This document shows, in pieces, positions 29,801 to 39,450 of a DNA stretch of 64,000 nt (positions within the stretch are counted from its first letter, which is position 1; every line of letters begins with the position of its first letter). The notes under the pieces are model-generated. The model was not told the origin of the DNA, ran no database searches, and worked only from the letters and a program-made list of their open reading frames with translations. Origin of the DNA: Antedon mediterranea. Lineage: Eukaryota; Animalia; Echinodermata. The stretch is taken from NCBI RefSeq assembly GCF_964355755.1, contig NC_092677.1:21687175-21751174 (forward strand), read 5' to 3'. The translations under genes and the position numbers were made by a program.

Positions 29801-32800
29801 ATATGAAATGAATGAACAATCAATGAAAAATAATGCCATGCAACTTTGTTTCTGATTGAAAAAAATGTTCACTTGTTTAGGCCTGACATTTACAAACCTC
29901 AAAATATCTCACTTTCAAAAACAATATTTATTTTCAAATAAAAAAAAAAAAAAAAAATATCCCTAGAAGTTCGAACCCACTATTGAAATCACTCAAAACT
30001 GAGCATTACCCGTTACGCCGCAAACCAGTATATAACTGAAGAGCTGATAATAGTCTATTTATATGAAATGGATGATCAACCAATGAAAAATAATGCCATG
30101 CAACTTTGTTTCTGATTTTAAAAAAGGTCCACTTGTTTAGGCCTGACATTTACAACCCTCAAAATATCTCACTTTCAAAAACAATATTTATTTTCAATTT
30201 AAAAAAAAAAAATCCCTAGAGGTTCGAACCCACTACTGAAAACACTCAAACCTGAGCATTATCCGTTACGCCACAAACCAGTAGATGACTGCGGAGCTGA
30301 TAATAGTCCATTTATATGAAATGAATGATCAATCAATGAAAAATAATGCCATGCAACTTTGTTTCTGATTTTAAAAAAGGTCCACTTGTTTAGGCCTGAC
30401 ATTTACAACCCTCAAAATATCTCACTTTCAAAAACAATATTTATTTTCAATAAAAAAAAAAAAAAAAAAATATTCGTAGAGGTTCGAACCCACTACTGCG
30501 AGAACTCAAACCTGAGCATTACCCGTTACGCCTCAAACCAGTAGATGACTGAAGAGCTGATAATACTCTATTTATATGAAATTAATAATAAATCAATGAA
30601 AAATAATGCCATGCAACTTTGTTTCTGATTTTAAAAAAGGTCCACTTGTTTAGGCCTGACATTTACAACCCTCAAAATATCTCACTTTCAAAAACAATAT
30701 TTATTTTCAATAAAAAAAAAAAAAAAAAAAAATATTCGTAGAGGTTCGAACCCACTACTGCGAGAACTCAAACCTGAGCATTACCCGTTACGCCTCAAAC
30801 CAGTAGATGACTGAAGAGCTGATAATACTCTATTTATATGAAATTAATAATAAATCTATGAAAAATAATGCCATGCAACTTTGTTTCTGATTTTAAAAAA
30901 GGTTCACTTGTTTAGGCCTGACATTTACAACCCTCAAAATATCTCACTTTCAAAAACAATATTTATTTTAAATAAAAAAAAAAAAAGAAACAAAATATCC
31001 GTAGAGGATCGAACCCACTAGTGAGAGCACTCAAACTTGAGCATTACCCGTTACGCCACAAACCAGTAGATGACTGAAGAGCTGATAATACTCTATTTAT
31101 ATGAAATAAATAATAAATCAATGAAAAATAATGCCATGCAACTTTGTTTCTGATTTTAAAAAAGGTCCACTTGTTTAGGCCTGACATTTACAACCCTCAA
31201 AATATCTCACTTTCAAAAACAATATTTATTTTCAATAAAAAAAAAAAAAAAAAAATATTCGTAGAGGTTCGAACCCACTACTGCGAGAACTCAAACCTGA
31301 GCATTACCCGTTACGCCTCAAACCAGTAGATGACTGAAGAGCTGATAATACTCTATTTATATGAAATTAATAATAAATCAATGAAAAATAATGCAATGCA
31401 ACTTTGTTTCTGATTTTAAAAAAGGTTCATTTGTTTAGGCCTGTCATTTACAACCCTCAAAATATCTCACCTTCAAAAAAAATATTTATTTTCAATAAAA
31501 AAAAAAAGAAAAGAAATATCCCTAGAGGCTCGAACCCACTACTGCGAGCACTCAAACTTGAGCATTACCCGTTATGCCTCAGACCAGTAGATGACTGAAG
31601 AGCTGATAATACTCTATTTATATGAAATAAATAATAAATCAATCAAAAATAATGCCATGCAACTTTGTTTCTGATTTTAAAAAAGGTTCACTTGTTTAGG
31701 CCTGACATTTACAACCCTAAAAATATCTCACCTTCAAAAACAATATTTATTTTCAAATAAAAAAAAAAGAAAAAAAATATCCCTAGAAGTTCGAACCCAC
31801 TATTGAAATCACTCAAACCTGAGCATTAACCGTTCGCCGCAAACCATTTTATGACTGAAGAGCTGATAATAGTCTATTAATATGAAATGGATGATCAATC
31901 AATGAAAAATAATGCCATGCAACTTTGTTTCTGATTTTTAAAAAGGTTCACTTGTTTAGGCCTGACAGTTGCAACCCTAAAAATATCTCACTTTCAAAAA
32001 CAATATTTATTTTCAATTAAAAAAAAAAGAAAAAAAAATACCCGTATAGGTTCGAACCCACTACTGAGAGCACTCAAACCTGAGCATTACACGTTACGCC
32101 ACAAACCAGTAGATGACTGAGGAGCTGATAATAGTCTATATATATGAAATAAATGATCAATCAATGAAAAATAATGCCATGCAACTTTGTTTCTGATTGA
32201 AAAAAATGTTCACTTGTTTAGGCCTGACATTTACAACCCTCAAAATATCTCACTTTCAAAAACAATATTTATTTTCAAATAAAAAAAAAAAAAAAAAATA
32301 TCCCTAGAAGTTCGAACCCACTATTGAAATTACTCAAAACTGAGCATTACCCGTTACGCCGCAAACCAGTATATAACTGAAGAGCTGATAATAGTCTATT
32401 TATATGAAATGGATGATCAACCAATGAAAAATAATGCCATGCAACTTTGTTTCTGATTTTAAAAAAGGTTCACTTGTTTAGGCCTGACATTTACAACCCT
32501 AAAAATATCTCACTTTCAAAAACAATATTTATTTTCAATTTAAAAAAGAAAATCCCTAGAGGTTCGAACCCACTACTGAGAGAACTCAAACCTGAGCATT
32601 ATCCGTTACGCCACCAACCAGTAGGTGACTGAGGAGCTGATAATAGTCTATTTATATGAAATAAATGATCAATCAATGAAAAATAATGCCATGCAACTTT
32701 GTTTCTGATTTTAAAAAAGGTTCACTTGTTTTGGCCTGACATTTACAACCCTCAAAATATCTCACTTTCAAAAACAATATTTTTTCAATTAAAAAAAAAA

Positions 32801-35800
32801 AAGAAATAAAATATCAGTAGAGGTTCGAACCCTCTATTGAAATCACTCAAACCTGAGCATTACCCGTTCGCCGCAAACCATTTTATGACTGAAGAGCTGA
32901 TAATAGTCTATTTATATGAAATGGATGATCAATCAATGAAAAATAATGCCATGCAACTTTGTTTCTGATTTTAAAAAAGGTTCACTTGTTTAGGCCTGAC
33001 AGTTGCAACCCTAAAAAAATCTCACTTTCAAAAACAATATTTATTTTCAATTAAAAAAAAAAGAAAAAAAAATACCCGTATAGGTTCGAACCCACTACTG
33101 AGAGCACTCAAACCTGAGCATTACACGTTACGCCACAAACCAGTAGATGACTGAGGAGCTGATAATAGTCTATATGAAATAAATAATCAATCAATGAAAA
33201 ATAATGCCATGCAACTTTGTTTCTGATTGAAAAAAATGTTCACTTGTTTAGGCCTGACATTTACAACCCTCAAAATATCTCACTTTCAAAAACAATATTT
33301 ATTTTCAAATAAAAAAAAAAAAAAAATATCCCTAGAAGTTCGAACCCACTATTGAAATCACTCAAAACTGAGCATTACCCGTTACACCGCAAACCAGTAT
33401 ATAACTGAAGAGCTGATAATAGTCTATTTATATGAAATGGATGATCAACCAATGAAAAATAATGCCATGCAACTTTGTTTCTGATTTTAAAAAGGTTCAC
33501 TTGTTTAGGCCTGACATTTACAACCCTAAAAATATCTCACTTTCAAAAACAATATTTATTTTCAATTTAAAAAAGAAAATCCCTAGAGGTTCGAACCCAC
33601 TACTGAGAGAACTCAAACCTGAGCATTATCCGTTACGCCACCAACCAGTAGGTGTCTGAGGAGCTGATAATAGTCTATTTATATGAAATGAATGATCAAT
33701 CAATGAAAAATAATGCCATGCAACTTTGTTTCTGATTTTAAAAAAGGTTCACTTGTTTTGGCCTGACATTTACAACCCTTAAAATATCTCACTTTCAAAA
33801 ACAATATTTTTTCAATTAAAAAAAAAAAAGAAATAAACTATCAGTAGAGGTTCGAACCCACTAGTGAGAGCACTCAAACTTGAGCATTACCCGTTACGCC
33901 ACGAACCAGTAGATGACTGAAGAGCTGATAATACTCTATTTATATGAAATAAATAATAAATCAATGAAAAATAATGCCATGCAACTTTGTTTCTGATTTT
34001 AAAAAAGGTCCACTTGTTTAGGCCTGACATTTACAACCCTCAAACTATCTCACTTTCAAAAACCATATTTATTTTAAATTTAAAAAAAAAAAGAAAAAAA
34101 ATATTCGTAGAGGTTCGAACCCACCACTGCGAGAACTCAAACCTGAGCACTACCAGTTACGCTACAAACCAGTAGATGACTGAAGAGCTGATAATAGTCT
34201 ATTTATATGAAATTAATAATAAATCAATGAAAAATAATGCCATGCAACTTTGTTTCTGATTTTAAAAAAGGTTCACTTGTTTAGGCCTGACATTTACAAC
34301 CCTCAAAATATCTCACTTTCAAAAACAATATTTATTAAAAAAAAAAAAAAAAAAGAAACAAAATATCCGTAGAGGTTCGAACCCACTAGTGAGAGAACTC
34401 AAACTTGAGCATTACCCGTTACGCCACAAACCAGTAGATGACTGAAGAGCTGATAATACTCTATTTATATGAAATAAATAATAAATCAATGAAAAATAAT
34501 GCCATGCAACTTTGTTTCTGATTTTAAAAAAGGTCCACTTGTTTAGGCCTGACATTTACAACCCTCAAAATATCTCACTTTCAAAAACCATATTTATTTT
34601 CAATTTAAAAAAAAAAGAAAAAAATATCCCGAGAGGTTCGACCCACTACTGCGAGAACTCAAACCTGAGCATTACCCGTTACGCCACAAACCAGTAGATG
34701 TCTGAAGAGCTGATAATAGTCTATTTATATGAAATGAATGATCAATCAATGAAAAATAATGCCATGCAACTTTGTTTCTGATTTAAAAAAAGGTTCACTT
34801 GTTTAGGCCTGACATTTACAACCCTAAAAATATCTCACTTTCAAAAACAATATTTATTTTCAATTTAAAAAAAAAAATCCCTAGAGGTTCGAACCCACTA
34901 CTGAGAGAACTCAAACCTGAGCATTATCCGTTACGCCACCAACAAGTAGGTGACTGAGGAGCTGATAATAGTCTATTTATATGAAATGAATGATCAATCA
35001 ATGAAAAATAATGCCATGAAGCTTTGTTTCTGATTTTAAAAAAGGTTCACTTGTTTTGGCCTGACTTTTACAACCCTCAAAATATCTCACTTTCAAAAAC
35101 AATATTTTTTCAATTAAAAAAAAAAAAGTAATAAAATATCAGTAGAGGTTCGAACCCACTAGTGAGAGCACTCAAACTTGAGCATTACCGGTTACGCCAC
35201 AAACCAGTAGATGACTGAAGAGCTGATAATAGTCTATTTATATGAAATGAATGATCAATCAATGAAAAATAATGCCATGCAACTTTGTTTCTGATTTTAA
35301 AAAAGGTTCACTTGTTTAGGCCTGATATTTACAACCCTCAAAATATCTCACTTTCAAAAACCATATTTATTTTCAATTTAAAAAAAAAAGAAAAAAAATA
35401 TCCCTAGAGGTTCGACCCACTACTCAGAGCACTCAAAACTGAGCATTACCCGTTACGCCACAAACCAGTAGATGACTGAAGAGCTGATAATAGTCTATTT
35501 ATATGAAATGAATGATCAATCAATGAAAAATAATGCCATGCAACTTTGTTTCTGATTTAAAAAAAGGTTCACTTGTTTAGGCCTGACATTTACAACCCTC
35601 AAAATATCTCACTTCCAAAAACAATATTTATTTTCAATTAAAAAAAAAAGAAAAAAAATATTCGTAGAGGTTCGAACCCACTACTGCGAGAACTCAAACC
35701 TGAGCACTACCGGTTACGCCACAAACCAGGAGATGACTGAAGAGCTGATAACAGTCTATTTATTTGAAATGAATGATCCATCAATGTAAAATGATGTTAT

Positions 35801-37900
35801 GCAACTTTGTTTCTGATTTTAAAAAAAGGTCCACTTGGTTAGGCTTGACATTTAAAACCCTCAAAATATCTCACTTTCAAAAACCATATTTATTTTCAAT
35901 TTAAAAAAAAAAATCCCTAGAGGTTCGAACCCACTACTGAGAGAACTCAAACTTGAGCATTATCCGTTACGCCACCAACCAGTAGGTGACTGAGGAGCTG
36001 ATAATAGTCTATTTATATGAAATGAATGATCAATCAATTAAAAATAATGCCATGAAGCTTTGTTTCTGATTTTAAAAAAGGTTCACTTGTTTTGGCCTGA
36101 CATTTACAACCCTCAAAATATCTCACTTTCAAAAACAATATTTTTTCAATTAAAAAAAAAAAAGTAATAAAATATCAGTAGAGGTTCGAACCCACTAGTG
36201 AGAGCACTCAAACTTGAGCATTACCGGTTACGCCACAAACCAGTAGATGACTGAAGAGCTGATAATAGTCTATTTATATGAAATGAATGATCAATCAATG
36301 AAAAATAATGCCATGCAACTTTGTTTCTGATTTTAAAAAAGGTTCACTTGTTTAGGCCTGATATTTACAACCCTCAAAATATCTCACTTTCAAAAACCAT
36401 ATTTATTTTCAATTTAAAAAAAAAAGAAAAAAAATATCCCTAGAGGTTCGACCCACTACTCAGAGCACTCAAACCTGAGCATTACCCGTTACGCCACAAA
36501 CCAGTAGATGAATGAAGAGCTGATAATAGTCTATTTATATGAAATGAATGATCAATCAATGAAAAATAATGCCATGCAACTTTGTTTCTGATTTTAAAAA
36601 AGGTCCACTTGTTTAGGCCTGACATTTACAACCCTCAAAATATCTCACTTCCAAAAACAATATTTATTTTCATTTAAAAAAAAAAGAAAAAAAATATTCG
36701 TAGAGGTTCGAACCCACTACTGCGAGAACTCAAACCTGAGCACTACCGGTTACGCCACAAACCAGTAGATGACTGAAGAGCTGATAACAGTCTATTTATT
36801 TTAAATGAATGATCCATCAATGTAAAATGATGTTATGCAACTTTGTTTCTGATTTTAAAAAAAGGTCCACTTGGTTAGGCTTGACATTTAAAACCCTCAA
36901 AATATCTCACTTTCAAAAACCATATTTATTTTCAATTTAAAAAAAAAAGAAAAAAAATATCCCTTGAGGTTCGACCCACTACTCAGAGCACTCAAACCTG
37001 AGCATTACCCGTTACGCCACAAACCAGTAGATGACTGAAGAGCTGATAATAGTCTATTTATATGAAATGAATTATCAATCAATGAAAAATAATGCCATGC
37101 AACTTTGTTTCTGATTTTAAAAAAGGTCCACTTGTTTAGGCCTGACATTTACAACCCTCAAAATATCTCACTTTCAAAAACCATATTTATTTTCAATTTA
37201 AAAAAAAAAGAAAAAAAGTATTCTAGAGGTTCGACCCACTACTCAGAGCACTCAAACCTGAGCATTACTCGTTACGCCACAAACCAGTAGATGACTGAAG
37301 AGCTGGTAATAGTCTATTTATATGAAATGAATTATCAATCAATGAAAAATAATGCCATGCAACTTTGTTTCTGATTTTAAAAAAGATCCATTTGTTTAGG
37401 CCTGACATTTACAACCCTAAAAAATATCTCATTTTCAAAAAAAATATTTATTTTCAATAAGAAAAAAAAAAGCAATATCCCTAGAGGTTGGAACCCGCTA
37501 CTGAGAGCACTCAAACCTGGGTATTACCCGTTACGCCACAAACCAGTAGATAACTGAAGAGCTGATAATAGTCTATTTATATGAAATGAATGATCAATCA
37601 ATGAAAAATAATGCCATGCAACTTTGTTTCTGATTTCAAAAAAGGTCCACTTGTTTAGGCCTGACATTTACAAACCTCAAAATATCTCACTTTCAAAAAC
37701 AATATTTTTTTCAATAAAAAAAAAAAAAAAAAAAAATATTCGTAGAGGTTCGAACCCCTACTGCGAGAACTCAAACCTGAGCATTACCCGTTACTCCTCA
37801 AACCAGTAGATGACTGAAGAGCTGATAATACTCTATATATATGAAATTAATAATAAATCAATGAAAAATAATGCCATGCAACTTTGTTTCTGATTTTAAA

Positions 37901-38246
37901 CAAGCACGAATGTGCAATACTCGGGGTACAGCGAAAGAAGCTGTAATGACGTCATAAGACCGGATGTAACGTCACATACACATCAAAAACCGCGCTACCA
38001 AATACGGCTATACGATACCATCTTCGAGACGTCATATGGCTGCATCCGGTATGAAATTAAAAAATCCGGCTCTCTATAGCTTTGAGGACATGTCCCTGTA
38101 GTATATTCATGCTAAATCCGAGCTCAATACTACAACGAATAAGGGAGGAGTAGTACTTTATAAATTGCACTTTTTGCTCAATAGTGTCCGGATGGAAGAA
38201 GAAGAGGAAAAGATGAGAGAGTCCTAGACTCAGGTACCCCGACTAA
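37901..38246 (-). mobile_element. Short core HINE (~345 bp) nested in the compound element, with decayed internal 5' terminus
   Basis: ctagactcaggtaccccgactaa (38224-38246) is a 2-mismatch copy of the outer terminus ctagactcgggtaccccgagtaa (39428-39450). A short GAA repeat lies near 38195-38206. Confidence 0.7.
38054..38246. repeat. Direct repeat copy 1 of HINE core block (copy 2 at 39267-39450)
   Basis: Both copies contain aaattaaaaa(a)tccggctct...catgtccctgtagtatattcatgc...agctcaatactacaacgaataagggaggagtagtacttta...ctcaatagtgtcc(g/a)gatgg. Confidence 0.93.
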
Positions 38247-38314
38247 TAAAACGATATATACTCTATATCATTTTACGCATACAGTATATTTCACCATAAA
38301 GTTAAAGAAAAATA

Positions 38315-38385
38315 GGTTTCGCCAGGGCTCGAACCGGGACCTTCTGCGAGTTAAGCAGACTTGACAACCACTACACTACGAAAGT
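38315..38385 (-). pseudogene. tRNA-Val(AAC) degenerate copy 1 (type A)
   Basis: Reverse complement: ACTTTCG TA GTGTAGTGGTTGTCAAG TCTGC TTAACTC GCAGA AGGT CCCGG TTCGAGC CCTGG CGAAACC. The anticodon stem is intact, but there are mismatches in the acceptor, D and T stems, and position 37 is T. Confidence 0.85.
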
Positions 38386-38597
38386 TCTTACACCAAAAAT
38401 GTGGGTTACACAAAGTTTTTTAATCCATTTAAATTACAAATAAATTATTATGTAATAAGCACAAAGCAAGATAAACATGTGTAAAAGTGATAATTACCGA
38501 TTACACAAAATAAATATTTTTAAAAATAATAAAAATAAGATATACTGTATATCATATTACCTTATCAGTACTTTTTACCATAAAGTTGAAAAAAAAA

Positions 38598-38669
38598 GGT
38601 TTCGCCCGGGCTCGAACCGGGGACCTTCTGCGTGTTAAGCAGACGTGATAACCACTACGCCAAGAAGCC
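38598..38669 (-). tRNA. tRNA-Val(AAC) copy 2 (type B), best preserved; probably a pseudogene
   Basis: Reverse complement: GGCTTCT TG GCGTAGTGGTTATCACG TCTGC TTAACAC GCAGA AGGTC CCCGG TTCGAGC CCGGG CGAAACC followed by T9. Anticodon and T arms are perfect and A/B boxes are intact. There are two acceptor-stem mismatches and one D-stem mismatch. Confidence 0.85.
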
Positions 38670-38742
38670 GCATATAACTACATAACGCTGTGGTGTGTTT
38701 CACACATTGTGGCTTCTTAATTAAACAAATTAATTAACAAAA

Positions 38743-38793
38743 AAGCACGAATGTGCAATACAGAATACAGAATGTACAGCGAAAGAAGCTGTA
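38743..38793 (-). mobile_element. Internal decayed copy of the HINE 3' terminus
   Basis: aagcacgaatgtgcaatac-[agaatacagaat]-gtacagcgaaagaagctgta matches 37902-37945, except that the subTIR core tcggg is replaced. Confidence 0.85.
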
Positions 38794-38828
38794 TACAGAC
38801 GTATACAGTTTGAAAGTAAAGAAAAATA

Positions 38829-38899
38829 GGTATCGCCAGGGCTCGAACCGGGACCTTCTGCGTGTTAAGCAGACTTGAAAACCACTACACTACGAAACC
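38829..38899 (-). pseudogene. tRNA-Val(AAC) degenerate copy 3 (type A)
   Basis: Reverse complement: GGTTTCG TA GTGTAGTGGTTTTCAAG TCTGC TTAACAC GCAGA AGGT CCCGG TTCGAGC CCTGG CGATACC. Mismatches occur in the acceptor, D and T stems. Confidence 0.85.
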
Positions 38900-39114
38900 T
38901 CTTACATTAAAAATGTGGGTTACAGAAAGTTTTTTAATCCATTTAAATTACAAATAAATGGTAATAAGCACAAAGCAAAATAACCATGTGTAAAAGTGAT
39001 AATTACCGATTACACAAAATAAGTGTTTAAAAAAATAATAAAAATAAAATATACTCTGTATAATTATCATATTGCGTATACAGTACTTTTCACCATAAAG
39101 TTTAAAAAAAAAAA

Positions 39115-39186
39115 GGTTTTGTCCGGGCTCGAACCAGGTACCTTCTGCGTGTTAAGCAAACGTGATAACCACCACGCCAAGAAGCC
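39115..39186 (-). pseudogene. tRNA-Val(AAC) degenerate copy 4 (type B)
   Basis: Reverse complement: GGCTTCT TG GCGTGGTGGTTATCACG TTTGC TTAACAC GCAGA AGGTA CCTGG TTCGAGC CCGGA CAAAACC followed by T11. Confidence 0.85.
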
Positions 39187-39266
39187 CCATATAACCATAT
39201 AACTACATAACGCCGTGGTGTGTGTCACACATTGTGGCTTCTTAATTAAACAAATTAATTAACAAA

Positions 39267-39450
39267 AAATTAAAAATCCGGCTCTATAGATTTGAGAACA
39301 TGTCCCTGTAGTATATTCATGCCAAATCCCAGCTCAATACTACAACGAATAAGGGAGGAGTAGTACTTTAAAAATCGCACTTTTTACTCAATAGTGTCCA
39401 GATGGTGGAGGAGAAAATGAGTAAGTACTAGACTCGGGTACCCCGAGTAA
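39267..39450. repeat. Direct repeat copy 2 of HINE core block, with intact terminus
   Basis: Aligns by eye to 38054-38246 with scattered substitutions and small indels. Confidence 0.93.

Larger units (their letters stand above)
1..37900 (-). repeat. ~260-bp tandem satellite array, left arm (~145 monomers), each monomer with a tRNA-like Pol III cassette on the minus strand
   Basis: The motif ...gccatgcaactttgtttctgattttaaaaaagg(t/c)cacttgtttaggcctgacatttacaaccctcaaaatatctcactttcaaaaac...poly(A)...tagaggttcgaacccacta...gagcattacccgttacgcc(a/t)caaaccagtagatgactgaagagctgataata... recurs about every 260 bp. ORF starts such as 696/957 and 21221/21485/21746 are 261-264 bp apart. The array runs off the window start. 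Confidence 0.98.
38298..39267. repeat. Internal tandem duplication of a two-tRNA-Val unit (~38298-38744 and ~38813-39267; period ~515 bp)
   Basis: Shared spacers include aaaaatgtgggttaca.aaagttttttaatccatttaaattacaaataaat, catgtgtaaaagtgataattaccgattacacaaaataa, and cacacattgtggcttcttaattaaacaaattaattaacaaaaaa. Confidence 0.93.
37901..39450 (-). mobile_element. Non-autonomous Helentron / HINE (DINE-1-like) compound element carrying tRNA-Val repeats
   Basis: Perfect 12-bp asymmetric subterminal IRs: tactcggggtac (37918-37929) and gtaccccgagta (39438-39449). 5' stem-loop actcggg-tac-cccgagt (39432-39448) beside ctag (39428-39431). Short 3' hairpin gcac-gaat-gtgc (37904-37915) outside the subTIR, with the minus strand ending ...CTTG|TTT. 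Inserted within a T run (minus strand) with no long TSD. No ORF of 60 aa or more. Confidence 0.82.

Noticed and set aside
38693-38740. gtgtg-ttt-cacac mini-hairpin and double TTAATTAA palindromes upstream of type-B tRNA-Val (repeated near 39218-39262)
   Set aside because: They are short and low-complexity, and their recurrence is explained by the internal duplication.
37901-39450. LTR element (direct repeats 38054-38246/39267-39450), MITE, or tRNA-derived SINE
   Set aside because: The first direct repeat is internal rather than terminal, and there are no TG..CA ends or 4-6 bp TSD. The inverted repeats are asymmetric and subterminal. There is no SINE-like single head, tail and TSD layout.
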